A stretch of DNA of 63,990 nt, filler included, from an uncultured bacterium (lineage in GTDB: Bacteria > CAZSTA01): NCBI GenBank assembly GCA_964609495.1. It is 7 parts of 7 records of this genome, joined end to end, with 100 filler letters (N's around TTAATTAATTAA, not from the genome) between each part and the next. Parts side by side here need not be neighbours in the genome. Positions count along the whole stretch, not along the records: positions 29,271 to 38,833 come from CAZSTA010000139.1; positions 38,934 to 48,465 come from CAZSTA010000140.1; 5 more parts are not named here. One strand, given 5' to 3'. The notes under the pieces are model-generated. The model had not been told where the DNA came from and ran no database searches. It worked only from the letters and a program-made list of their open reading frames with translations. Numbering within the stretch: the first letter of the stretch is position 1; every line of letters starts with the position of its first letter. Shown here piece by piece: positions 30,450 through 40,758 of this stretch. The position numbers were made by a program, and so were the translations under genes.

Positions 30450-31477
30450 TATCGATCCTCCGATTTAAGAATCGTCCTCAAAATGGCTTTTTGGATATGC
30501 AGTCTATTTTCCGCTTCATCATAAGCGATACAATCTGGGCCATCGAGAACTTCATCATCCACTACTATATTTCTGCGCACTGGTAAACAATGCATAAATT
30601 TTCCCTTGTCGGTCAAATTCATCCGCCTCTGGGTAACCCTCCAATCCTTCAACTCCTCCCTGATAGCTCTCTCCTCCTCCCACCGATTGTAGAAGGAGCG
30701 AGAGCCCCAACTCTTAGGATATATTATATCAGCGTTATGGAAAGCCTCATCCATATCATCCGTTACCGTAAGAGAGGTATCATTCTCCTCTATATTCTCT
30801 CTGACCACCCTCATTATATCCTCATCAAGCTCGTATCCTTTAGGGTGAGCGATGGTTAAGTTCATTCCGAATTTGCTTGCGGTTAAAACTGCGGAATCTC
30901 CCACACTCATCGGCAGGGGCTTAGGATGATATGCCCAGGTCAAGACGAAATTTTTCCCCTCTTGATTCCCCAGATGCTCCTTGATCGCCATCATATCAGC
31001 CATAGCTTGACAAGGGTGATAGAGATGCGATTCCATATTGATCACAGGAATATCTCCCCAACGAGCGAAACCGTTGATGATCTTATCCTTCCTCTCCTCG
31101 CTCCAATCGATCATATCTGGAAACTTCCTTATCGCTACCGCATCGCCATAACGAGATATCACCCTAGCCGCATCCTTGATATGCTCTGCCGCCTTTCCCT
31201 TCATCACTACTCCCTCTTCTACCTCCAAGTCCCATACCATTCCCCCTCCCACTTGAAGAACTACGGAATGACCACCAAGCTGAGACATCGCAACATCGAA
31301 GGAGGATCTAGTCCGTAGGGAGGGACTGAAGAATATCATAAATAAGGTCTTATTCGCCAAGGAGGAGTTGAACGGAGACTTCTTGAGCGCAAACGCCAAC
31401 TCGATCAGATAATCTAATTCCTCCCTCGACCAATCTTGAGTAGTAATAAAATTTCTGCCCTTGAGATTCATCGTCAA
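30449..31477 (-). CDS. argF: N-acyl-ornithine carbamoyltransferase (ArgF', AOTCase/SOTCase type)
   Basis: SLRT instead of STRT, extended ...EHIKD loop, LTWAYHPKPLP, KSWG, HCLPVRRN. Confidence 0.9.
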   Translation of the reverse strand: MTMNLKGRNFITTQDWSREELDYLIELAFALKKSPFNSSLANKTLFMIFFSPSLRTRSSFDVAMSQLGGHSVVLQVGGGMVWDLEVEEGVVMKGKAAEHIKDAARVISRYGDAVAIRKFPDMIDWSEERKDKIINGFARWGDIPVINMESHLYHPCQAMADMMAIKEHLGNQEGKNFVLTWAYHPKPLPMSVGDSAVLTASKFGMNLTIAHPKGYELDEDIMRVVRENIEENDTSLTVTDDMDEAFHNADIIYPKSWGSRSFYNRWEEERAIREELKDWRVTQRRMNLTDKGKFMHCLPVRRNIVVDDEVLDGPDCIAYDEAENRLHIQKAILRTILKSEDR

Positions 31478-32642
31478 TCTATCGCCTCCACTATCTCCCT
31501 AAGATTGGAGGTCAGAAGATCGACTTCCTCCTCCTTAACTATAAGAGGCGGCATTACCCTCATAACTTGAGGATCGGCTGAAGAACCAACGATGAAGCCT
31601 CTCTCCAACAGTTCATTTCGGATCTCCTTTATAGGCATATCGAAAACAACACCAATCAATAAGCCTAATCCTCTCAGTTCAACTATATGCTTAAGGGGTC
31701 TTAACTTCTCCCCTATATAATCTCCCATCCTCTTAGCATTATCAAATAGCCTCTCTTCCAGAACTATATTGAGGGAGGCTTTTGCGGCCGCACAGGCTAA
31801 GGGTCCACCTCCAAAGGTCGTCCCTTGCTCTCCATAAGATATAGTCTCAGCTATCTCCTTCTTGACCAGGACTGCCCCCATCGGAACGCCACTCGCTATC
31901 CCCTTAGCAGTGGTGATGAGATCTGGTATAACTCCCCAATTCTCTCCTGCGAACATCTTGCCAGTTCTCCCAAAGGCTGTTTGAACCTCATCGAAGATAA
32001 GGACTATTCCCTNNNNNNNNNNCGCAATCTCCGATAATATTCAGGAGAAGCGGTAACCGCCCCAGCTATGCTTTGCACTGGCTCCAGTATTATCGCCGCT
32101 ACCTCATCATCCACCAGCTCCTCAATGGACTTTATATCACCAAATTCCGCAAACTTATATTGAGTTAAGAGAGGCTTGAAGATGCGATATCTCTCGATTC
32201 CAGTGGCGGAGAGCGATCCGATAGTCCTCCCGTGAAATCCACCCTTCATCGAGATCACATACTCCCGATCGGTGAACTTCCTAGCCATCTTAAGCGCGGT
32301 CTCGTTCGCCCCGCTTCCAGAATTGCAGAGGAAAACCTGACTTATCCCCTCGGGAGCTATACTTATTAACAGCTCGCAAACTTCGGCTCTAACATCGTTG
32401 TAAGCAACATTGGAGTAAAAGATCAACCTCTCCGCTTGTTTTTGAATAGCTTCCACCAGTTTAGGATGACAATGACCAGTTATAGCGACCGCATGTCCTC
32501 CATAGAAATCGAGATACTCTTTATTATCGGAGTCATAGATCCTCATTCCCTCTCCTCTAACTAGAGCGATCGGGAATTTTCTATAAGTAGTAAGCTGGTA
32601 TTTATCCTCCTTCGCAATGATCTCCTTGGTATTCAATATCAT
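31474..32642 (-). CDS. argD: acetylornithine aminotransferase (split by 10-N gap 32013-32022)
   Basis: [39 protein letters not shown]. Confidence 0.9.
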
Positions 32643-32741
32643 CGCTCCTCACTTTTGAAATTAATGGTTCAGTTTCTCAAATGGCGCATAAAAGTTTTTG
32701 TCCGAATTTTGAGTTTTGACCAATACACCTTTAAAGAGATA

Positions 32742-33296
32742 TTACGTATCAAACTCACCCTTAGCCAACCTTAATACTGACTCGATGAATTGAGCTTTGC
32801 CCTCTGTATAGGCTCCACGATTGGTTTGAAACTTCTGGGCTAGATCCCTCTTGATCTTGGAATATTCATCTGCTACTTCTTTATGCTTACGGAGATAATC
32901 TCGAAAGAGTAAATAGTCTATCCAGGAATCACTTTTCCATTCAACTATATGCAAGTAGTGAGTCCTTCTGCTTGGATCCCCTTTTGCGAAAAGAACGCTT
33001 CTGGGGTCTTCTCTCCTGAATTCGTAACCCAAACGTTCAAGTGGCTCGCCGATGTATTTCCTCACCCCTTGAAGTCGCTGGACGGCTGCCGCTATATCAA
33101 TGATAGGTTTTGCCTCAAGTCCAGGGATTGCTGTGCTTCCAACATGCTGAATGTCAATCACGTAATTCCCGATAGAAGATTGCAATAACCTTTTCTCTTC
33201 CTCAAAAAGCCTCTCCCACTCAGAAGAGTAGGGAAGGAGTTTGACGATTCCTCTCGGCAAGCCAATTAGATCTGAGCTCTCTGTGATTTGCACCAA
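32742..33296 (-). CDS. GrpB family nucleotidyltransferase-fold protein
   Basis: HVGSTAIPGL.AKPIIDI, FRDYLR, Y..GK. Confidence 0.88.
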   Translation of the reverse strand: MVQITESSDLIGLPRGIVKLLPYSSEWERLFEEEKRLLQSSIGNYVIDIQHVGSTAIPGLEAKPIIDIAAAVQRLQGVRKYIGEPLERLGYEFRREDPRSVLFAKGDPSRRTHYLHIVEWKSDSWIDYLLFRDYLRKHKEVADEYSKIKRDLAQKFQTNRGAYTEGKAQFIESVLRLAKGEFDT

Positions 33297-33318
33297 TCGT
33301 TACCACCTCATTCAGCTC

Positions 33319-34338
33319 CTAAGGATGTGTTCCAGGGAAAGTCAATCCTGTCCTCTCCTCAAAACCAAAGATCAAATTCATATTTTGAATCCCCTGTCCC
33401 CCAGCTCCCTTTACTAAATTGTCTATAGCTGAGGCGACGATGACCTTATTCCCTCGACAGTGAAGTTCTATATCGCAAAAATTTGAACCTGCCACTACGG
33501 CACATCTCGCTTGCTCAACGATCCTTATGAAGTATTCCTTATCGTAATAATCTTCATATATCTCCCTCAACCTCTCTTCGCCGATCTCCTCTTCCAAGAA
33601 GATATAAGCGGTAGTGAATATTCCTCGCACCATCGGGGCAGAATGAGGGGTAAAGGTTATATCGAAGGGAGTAGAGTTGAAACGGGCTAACTCCTGCTCT
33701 ATCTCTGGTTGATGTCTATGAGAGAAGACATTGTAAACCTTGAAATCCATCGCTCGTTCCGGATGATGGGTCGTGAGTTTGGGACTCACTCCCGCTCCTG
33801 AGGAACCTGTCTTGGCATCGATGACAACATATCCGCTTAACATATTCTCCATCGCCAGAGGAGTTAAAGGTAATAGCACTCCTGTGGGAAAACATCCGGG
33901 GCAGGCTACTAAATCAGCCCCTCTTATCGCCTCTCTATTGAACTCGGTTAGACCATAAACTGCTCTCTTAAGAAGCTCAGGAGATTTATGGGCAAGTCCA
34001 TAGTGATTCTCGAAAATCTTGGGGTCTTTCAATCTGTAATCGCCGCTCAGATCGATTATCTTGGTCTTTCCTAAAAGCGCGGGAACTCTTTCCATCGCCT
34101 TCCCGTGAGGTAAAGCGAGGAATACCACATCCGAGATGTCGGCGATCTCATCGAGATCTTCCTCGCTAAATTCCAGATCTAATAAGCCGTATAGATTAGG
34201 ATGGATCTCACCCACCGATTTACCCATCTCGGTTCTCGAGGTTACCTTTACTATCTCCACCTCGCTATGGCCAAAGAGAAGACGTAATAACTCACTTCCT
34301 CCATATCCAGTTCCACCTATTATCGATGCTTTGATCAT
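33319..34338 (-). CDS. argC: N-acetyl-gamma-glutamyl-phosphate reductase
   Basis: GGTGYGG.EL, ALPHG, DLSGDYRL, PGCFPT, GSSGAG, IDNLVKGA. Confidence 0.96.
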   Translation of the reverse strand: MIKASIIGGTGYGGSELLRLLFGHSEVEIVKVTSRTEMGKSVGEIHPNLYGLLDLEFSEEDLDEIADISDVVFLALPHGKAMERVPALLGKTKIIDLSGDYRLKDPKIFENHYGLAHKSPELLKRAVYGLTEFNREAIRGADLVACPGCFPTGVLLPLTPLAMENMLSGYVVIDAKTGSSGAGVSPKLTTHHPERAMDFKVYNVFSHRHQPEIEQELARFNSTPFDITFTPHSAPMVRGIFTTAYIFLEEEIGEERLREIYEDYYDKEYFIRIVEQARCAVVAGSNFCDIELHCRGNKVIVASAIDNLVKGAGGQGIQNMNLIFGFEERTGLTFPGTHP

Positions 34339-35357
34339 TCGAACAACTTCCTCTCCACCAACTCCGCCAATCTTTTACCATCGGTTCTAGCATTAGCCGC
34401 TGGAATATCGAGATCTTTCTCCGAGAACTCCGTCCCCACCTCATTGTCGGTAGTTGGGCCAGACATAATATCTATCCGTAATCCATAATTACCCTCGAAG
34501 ATCTGCATTGCTCCCCAAGCCCCAACTGGATCGTTAGCACACATCACGTGAACTTTGGTGAATTTCATTATCTCAGGATCTTTTAAGATCATACCAACTC
34601 CATAGCCACCTAGGATTCCATCGCCCAACTCCACCACTATAAAATCCAAGTCCAATTTATTAAGCTCGTAAATAATTCCTTTAGTCGAGGGGGCTACATT
34701 CTCGATATTAGTCGTAGAAGGAAGTCCAGCATTGACAAAGCTCAACGCCTCCTTAGCACCATGATCCCTCATATTAAGAGTATCCCTCATCAGAGCGATA
34801 CCAGTAACCTTTGCCGCCGCGATACGATATCCCCTCAAAGTTAGATATTTAATGATCTCACAAGCCGCGTAGGTCTTCCCTGAGTTCATACATGTGCCAG
34901 AGACCATCACGATCGGCATGCTGTGGGTTAATTCATTTCTCCACTCTATCGCATTTTGTCTTATATTCGCCTTCCTTCCATCGATCGAGATCGAACCCAG
35001 GACTTGAACCCTCAGTGGATCACCGACATCCTTATTCTCAGAAGTGCACAACCCTATAGTTCCACCTAAGTTCAGAATATTAAGAACATCTCCTACCTCT
35101 ATCTCCTTGGGAATCTTCCCTGCAAAACCCCTTAGAGCCCTTCTCTCTCCCAGAGCTCCAGCTATTATATCTCCCTCTAGGATCTTAGCCATCCTTCCTG
35201 AGACCAATTCAATAGTATCATATACGGTCTTTTCTCCCAGCGCCTTGACAACTAGAACGTTTCCCTCCTCAGGCTCTACCTCCTCCTCTATCTCCACCTC
35301 TTCTGACAAATTCAAATTCATAGTAATCGAAGCAATTTTACTCACCTTGATCAGCAA
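34335..35357 (-). CDS. DUF1611/DgcN-like P-loop protein in the arg operon
   Basis: GTCMNSGKT P-loop, AAKVTG, VVELGDG; overlaps both argG and argC. Confidence 0.65.
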   Translation of the reverse strand: MLIKVSKIASITMNLNLSEEVEIEEEVEPEEGNVLVVKALGEKTVYDTIELVSGRMAKILEGDIIAGALGERRALRGFAGKIPKEIEVGDVLNILNLGGTIGLCTSENKDVGDPLRVQVLGSISIDGRKANIRQNAIEWRNELTHSMPIVMVSGTCMNSGKTYAACEIIKYLTLRGYRIAAAKVTGIALMRDTLNMRDHGAKEALSFVNAGLPSTTNIENVAPSTKGIIYELNKLDLDFIVVELGDGILGGYGVGMILKDPEIMKFTKVHVMCANDPVGAWGAMQIFEGNYGLRIDIMSGPTTDNEVGTEFSEKDLDIPAANARTDGKRLAELVERKLFE

Positions 35358-36561
35358 AATCCTCGGCCCTCCTCGCTAATATACTCTGTAATCCATATAT
35401 CTTACAGAAGCCCTCTGCATCTCGTCCATCCCAGAGGATAGATTCCTCACCATAAGTTGCGATATCCCTATTCATCAACGAATGTCTGCTTCTATATCCT
35501 AAAACATTTATATTTCCTTTATATAACTGGACTCTAACCTCCCCAACTACGCGCTCCTGACTGCTATCGATCAGAGCCTTTATATCCTTCATAACTGGAT
35601 CGAAGTATAATCCCTCGTGTAAGAAGTTGCCGAAGAACTCGCTTAATTGGGATTTCCAGAAGCGCTGCCATCTAGTAAGCACCAACTTCTCCAGCTCTCG
35701 GTGGGCAGTAATTAGGATCAATGGTGCACCTGCCTCGAAAGCGATCCTGCCTTTGATACCAAGGATCGTATCGCCTAGATGTATTCCCCTTCCAACTCCG
35801 TGCTTGGCGGCAATCTCATTTAATCTAGCTATAAGCGGAACTCCTTCAAGTTTCTCCCCATTCAAGCTTATAGGGACTCCCTTATCGAAGCCGATCTTTA
35901 ACTCCTCAGGCTCATCCGAGGCTTTGCTAGGAGAGATGGTCTTAGTATATACCTCCTCTGGAGGAGATTGCCAAGCATCGTGTATAACGCCTCCTCCAAT
36001 AGTAGTTCCCCATAATCCCTCATTTATCGAATAGACCTTTCTTTCTTTGGATACTGGGATACCTCTTTGTTCGAGGAAAGCGGTCTCCTTATCTCTGGTA
36101 ATCCCCAACTTTCTTATCGGAGCAAATATCTTCATTTCGGGAGCTAGAACTGAAAGCGCGACATCGAAACGAATCTGATCGTTTCCTCCGCTGGTGGAGC
36201 CATGCGCTATCGCCTCTGCCCCCTCTCCTCTAGCGACATTCACTACCTCTTCGGCTTGGACGACTCTTTCTGCCCCTACGCAAAGAGGATAAGTTCCTCC
36301 TCGCAGAATATTCCCCTTTATGATATAGGTTACGAACTCATCATATACCTTTCTCCGGCCATCGATCGTGTAATGCCGAAACGCTCCTAGCTCTTGAGAT
36401 CGTCTCTCTATATCTTCTAACTCCTGCGGAGAGAAACCTCCTGTATCAACGGTTACCGTAATTATATCTGCGTTATACTCCTCTTTAAGATAAAGCACAC
36501 AAAAGGAAGTATCCAGACCTCCTGAAAAAGCTAACACGATTTTTTGTTTTTCCTCTTGCAT
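35338..36561 (-). CDS. argG: argininosuccinate synthase
   Basis: LAFSGGLDTS, HGST..GNDQ.RF, YSIN.GLWG, IKGRIAFEA. Confidence 0.96.
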   Translation of the reverse strand: MQEEKQKIVLAFSGGLDTSFCVLYLKEEYNADIITVTVDTGGFSPQELEDIERRSQELGAFRHYTIDGRRKVYDEFVTYIIKGNILRGGTYPLCVGAERVVQAEEVVNVARGEGAEAIAHGSTSGGNDQIRFDVALSVLAPEMKIFAPIRKLGITRDKETAFLEQRGIPVSKERKVYSINEGLWGTTIGGGVIHDAWQSPPEEVYTKTISPSKASDEPEELKIGFDKGVPISLNGEKLEGVPLIARLNEIAAKHGVGRGIHLGDTILGIKGRIAFEAGAPLILITAHRELEKLVLTRWQRFWKSQLSEFFGNFLHEGLYFDPVMKDIKALIDSSQERVVGEVRVQLYKGNINVLGYRSRHSLMNRDIATYGEESILWDGRDAEGFCKIYGLQSILARRAEDFADQGE

Positions 36562-36662
36562 CCTATCACTCCACTTTAATCAGAATGGATAAAAATTACA
36601 CATTTCGCCTCGATCTCGATATTATGAATATATTCTACAATTGCGGATTGCAAATGCTCTCT

Positions 36663-36680
36663 ATTGAAGATACATTCACT
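36663..36680. promoter_or_regulatory. candidate ArgR/AhrC operator (ARG box)
   Basis: ATTGAAGATACATTCACT resembles nnTGAATnnnnATTCAnn, between promoter and argG. Confidence 0.4.
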
Positions 36681-36726
36681 ACCATAGTACTGATCATATT
36701 CGGAAATCTACCGAGATAACTCTTAT

Positions 36727-36755
36727 ATTATATATCAATTTATCCCGATTGTCAA
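36727..36755 (-). promoter_or_regulatory. arg operon sigma-70/A promoter
   Basis: TTGACA-17 nt-TATAAT on minus strand. Confidence 0.75.
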
Positions 36756-37128
36756 GAGAATTTTTCCATTGAGAAGGGGTAATATTACTTAAATATTACT
36801 ATTAATATACTTCCTAAGCATACAAAATTTCATGCTGGGAATAGGTTAAGTAGTTTCAAGTAACTGATTATTCTTAGTTTGTTCAAGATATAATCTCCCC
36901 TCACCCTACCTATATAATTTATGTATTTCTCTAGCTGGTTTCGCGGTAAAAATAATGAGGAAGGAAAATAGGAAATACTTTGACAAGTTACCACTTTTTT
37001 GCTACAATATAAATAGTATAGGGGATCAGAGAACTCCCATTCTTCAAATCTCCTAGTTCCTTTATTACAATTACAAGGTTGAAGAAACTCAGAGGGGATC
37101 TTAATCATTATAGCAAGGAGGAGATTAT

Positions 37129-38799
37129 ATGCGCAAGATAAGCAAATCAAGATCTACGGTGCTTTTTATCATTCTGTTCCTATTTTCCTTTTCCATTACA
37201 ACGCTAGCCCTCCCAGAGGAGAGGCTTCCCTTAGAACAAGGGTTGGAGCTTCTGGATAAGGGTCTATATGAGGAAGCCATCGAGGAATTTCAGAAGGCGA
37301 TAGCTGAAGATCCATTTTCCTCTCAAGCTTATGTAGGGTTGGGTAAGGCTTACTACCAACAGGTTATGTTCGATGAAGCGATAGCCTCTTTTGAGAAATC
37401 ACTGGCTCTGAAACCATTGGATAGAGAGGAGAAGATGGAGATTAATCGTTATCTAGCTTCCCTTTACCTAGCCAATGGTTGGAAGGATAAAGCTCGAAGA
37501 CAGCTTGAGATCAACTTGGAGATCGAACCCAATTATACCCTGAATCCCGATGAAACCTCGCAGGAGATGATCTCTCTATTTAAAGAGCTAATCGAAGGAA
37601 AAGCAGTTGGAGAAGAGAGGGGCAAAGGGTTATTATCGATCAGCTCTGATCCTCCTGGGGCAAAAATATATATAGATGGCTACTATATCGGCAGGACCCC
37701 TCTAAAAGAGGCCAGCCTCTACGCGGGAAGGAGACTTATAACCCTTGAAAAGCCTAACTATGCCCGTTGGGAAGAAGTAAGGGATATCAAGAGTGATATC
37801 CTGAGTGAGGTTCAAGCAATCCTCTCTAAGACTGCTCAGGGTATTCTCTCGATAAGTACTACTCCCTCCTACGCTAAGGTATATGTAGATGGATACTTCG
37901 TAGGAGGTACCCCCCTTAAAGGCTATAGGGTTCAGACGGGACTAAGAGAGATAAAGGTGGCGAAAGCTGGCTATAGAACTTGGTCAACTCGTAGGCTCAT
38001 TGAACCCAATAAAGCATTGAGTCTAGATCTCAAACTAGAGTTAAGTCCAGATGTCAAGTTTGGTTGTTTGGATATCGATTCTATCCCTCAGGGAGCCGAG
38101 ATTTATATCAATGGAGAGTATATAGGAAAGACCAAGCTTAATATAGCTTGTGTGGTCCCCGGAAGACATTTTATAAAATTGAGCAAGAATGGTTACCACG
38201 ATTGGAGAGCTACCATAAAGATAGAGGCGGAAGAAAGGAGAAAGATAACCGCCCAATTAACCAGAGAATATGGATATTTGACGATTCGGGATCTTCCCCT
38301 TGGCACCCCGGTGTTCATCGACGGGGAAGAACTAGATCTCTCGGACGAAGATATTATGAGGAATTATCTCGTTGAGGATGAGGTGAAGGATACCTTCTCC
38401 CTTATCCAATTTCCCCTTCTGGCTGGAAAACATCTCCTTAGGCTGGATAAGGAGAATTATGGAACCAGGATAGAAGAGATAGATATCGAGGTATATGGAA
38501 CCTTAGAGTTAAAAGGTGGCTTGCCACCTCTTCAGGGTTTTATCTCTCTCGGCTCTGATCCTCCTGCTGAAGTATATATCAAAACTATGAAAAAGGTGAT
38601 CGGAGAGGAGGTAGTGAAGGGAGATAAAACTTACGATTACCTCGGGAGCACACCTTTGAACAGATATAAACTTCCCGTGGGAATATACCGAATCAGAATA
38701 ACTAAGACTGGATATAAAGACTGGGAAGAGACGATATTAATTCTAAGAGGAGAGCACTTCAGAAAGTTCATCTCTTTAGAGCCCGACTTTGACAGATAG
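37129..38799 (+). CDS. secreted TPR + multi-PEGA domain protein
   Basis: Signal peptide, TPR helices, repeated S.P.GA.IYI.G..IG.TP PEGA units. Confidence 0.88.
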   Translation: MRKISKSRSTVLFIILFLFSFSITTLALPEERLPLEQGLELLDKGLYEEAIEEFQKAIAEDPFSSQAYVGLGKAYYQQVMFDEAIASFEKSLALKPLDREEKMEINRYLASLYLANGWKDKARRQLEINLEIEPNYTLNPDETSQEMISLFKELIEGKAVGEERGKGLLSISSDPPGAKIYIDGYYIGRTPLKEASLYAGRRLITLEKPNYARWEEVRDIKSDILSEVQAILSKTAQGILSISTTPSYAKVYVDGYFVGGTPLKGYRVQTGLREIKVAKAGYRTWSTRRLIEPNKALSLDLKLELSPDVKFGCLDIDSIPQGAEIYINGEYIGKTKLNIACVVPGRHFIKLSKNGYHDWRATIKIEAEERRKITAQLTREYGYLTIRDLPLGTPVFIDGEELDLSDEDIMRNYLVEDEVKDTFSLIQFPLLAGKHLLRLDKENYGTRIEEIDIEVYGTLELKGGLPPLQGFISLGSDPPAEVYIKTMKKVIGEEVVKGDKTYDYLGSTPLNRYKLPVGIYRIRITKTGYKDWEETILILRGEHFRKFISLEPDFDR

Positions 38800-38833
38800 G
38801 GAAATTTATCAAAGCTGGGAAACCTCAAAGGGA

Positions 38834-38933
38834 NNNNNNNNNNNNNNNNNNNNNNNNNNNNNNNNNNNNNNNNNNNNTTAATTAATTAANNNNNNNNNNN
38901 NNNNNNNNNNNNNNNNNNNNNNNNNNNNNNNNN
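38834..38933. other. artificial contig linker
   Basis: N run with TTAATTAATTAA. Confidence 0.97.
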
Positions 38934-39114
38934 CAGCCCAGAAGGGATCATCTCCCCCGTGGGTAACCAGACGGAAATACATATCTTCGACAGATTTTTC
39001 CGGATCTACATCTACAGGCCCAGCCGCTAATGCGACCGAACCTATTGCCCAACCAATGACCAAGGCTACAAGCAAAGTAGCCACTGACAAATATACTATT
39101 TTGTTCATTTTCAC
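38934..39114 (-). CDS. sugar ABC transporter substrate-binding protein, N-terminal fragment
   Basis: AAGGAGGTG RBS, signal peptide, VTHGGDDPFW motif of type-1 periplasmic sugar-binding proteins. Confidence 0.7.
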
Positions 39115-39646
39115 AGCTATTTTGCACCTCCTTAATTTCTCAAAAAGGTTTTCATAAATTTTCCGCGGAAGCTCTTTGCACCGAGCTAGATTTTATGGCT
39201 CTTTGAGGAAAAGTATGATAATGAGATTAAAGATGATTATATAACTCGATTTTAACAAATTTAGCTAGTGATTTACTCCCCTAATATTCCGAATTATATG
39301 AGAGACTACTTCAACCCAATTTACGCCCTGTTCTATCACTTGATGAATCACCATTATTATCTCGTATGGTTCACACAAATTCTCAAAGGCCCGATTTTAT
39401 ATAAGCCATCGCTCACCCCCTTTTTGTTTCTTGCTCTACTTAATCATTCTACCACGACATTATTTTTTGTCAAGCCCACTTGAGCAGCCCCAGCAGATAA
39501 ACCTATCAATTAAATCCACTGCTCAGTTCTCTTCTACCTATCTTATTTCAGAAGCCATAAACGATGAGCAAGGTATTATAGTATCTCTAAATACGAAGTA
39601 TAGACTAAAGTGAACACCTCCTTCCTTGAAGATTCTCGAAACTCAC

Positions 39647-39688
39647 AAAAAAAGGAACTTCTCTTATCTATCGTGTGAGAAGCCCCTT
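39647..39688 (-). terminator. intrinsic terminator in a promoter-proximal leader
   Basis: AAGGGGCTTCTC-13 nt-GAGAAGTTCCTT with T-tract, downstream of TTGACA-17-TACAAT (39756-39784). Confidence 0.7.
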
Positions 39689-39807
39689 GTTCAACAAAGC
39701 TCAAAAGGCCAAGATAAAGGTCAGGCCACTAAACGCACTTCACTCACGCAAGTGTATTGTAACATATTTAGTCGCTATTGTCAAGCAAAATTTCCAAAAA
39801 ATCTCGA

Positions 39808-40713
39808 TTATTGAATACCTATTATAAATAGAAGTATTAAAGGTGTAGTGAATAAGCTAATGATGGTACTCACGAAGACTATAGATGCTACTAGTTCAGG
39901 ATCGGCTTCGAATTTAGCAGCTAAGATGAAGCTGGTCACTGCTGAGGGCATCGCCGATACCAGAAGGATCACATTTCTTGTTGCTCCCTGTAGTCCTGTT
40001 ATGCTAACGAAGATAATCGCTAGAAAGAGACCTAAACCGATGCGCAGGAACGATCCTACCATCGTCAAAGGCAGAGATTTCAATCTAGTGTTATTCAAGT
40101 TGTATCCAAGAGTGAATAGCACTAAAGGAATAGCGATACTACCCAATAGCTCTATCGGCTTGAGTACCATCTGAGGAAGATGGACCCCGCTTAGATTGAT
40201 CACTACTCCCGCGACGGCGGCATAGATGAGGGGGAGCTTGAAAACCTCCTTTACATCACTCAGGACATTTCCTTCCCCAGAAGCTATATATACGCCCAGT
40301 AGATAGATGAGGAAGGTATTAGCGACGAAGAAGAGGATAGCTTTAGAGAGTCCCTCCTCACCAAAGGCCAGAAGACATAAGGGAAGAGCCATATTTCCCG
40401 AATTCATAAACATCACTGGCAAGTAGAAACCTCTAGCCTTAATCTTGGATAAGTAAGAGAATAACCAAGCTCCTCCTCCACATCCTAGGGAGATGAAGAA
40501 GACCGAGAGGGCAAGCATTACCAACTCTTTTGGAATTACCCTCTTAGATAGAAGTGAGGAGAACGCCAAGCAAGGAGAACCTATATAGATCACGATATCT
40601 GTGATCGTTCGCATATTGATTTTCTTGAGTCTTCCGAAGGTGAAACCCACTCCAATAACAGTGAAGACCGGAACAACCACGTTGAGAAGACGGATAATAA
40701 TCTCAGCCCTCAA
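39808..40713 (-). CDS. AEC (auxin efflux carrier) family transporter
   Basis: PCL.F, NSGNMALP...FG, P.IYA, AMPSAV, ST..S..T.P. Confidence 0.9.
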   Translation of the reverse strand: MRAEIIIRLLNVVVPVFTVIGVGFTFGRLKKINMRTITDIVIYIGSPCLAFSSLLSKRVIPKELVMLALSVFFISLGCGGGAWLFSYLSKIKARGFYLPVMFMNSGNMALPLCLLAFGEEGLSKAILFFVANTFLIYLLGVYIASGEGNVLSDVKEVFKLPLIYAAVAGVVINLSGVHLPQMVLKPIELLGSIAIPLVLFTLGYNLNNTRLKSLPLTMVGSFLRIGLGLFLAIIFVSITGLQGATRNVILLVSAMPSAVTSFILAAKFEADPELVASIVFVSTIISLFTTPLILLFIIGIQ

Positions 40714-40758
40714 ATCTTTTCCCCTCTATGCAGGGGAGAATCTCCCCCCTATATTTTT

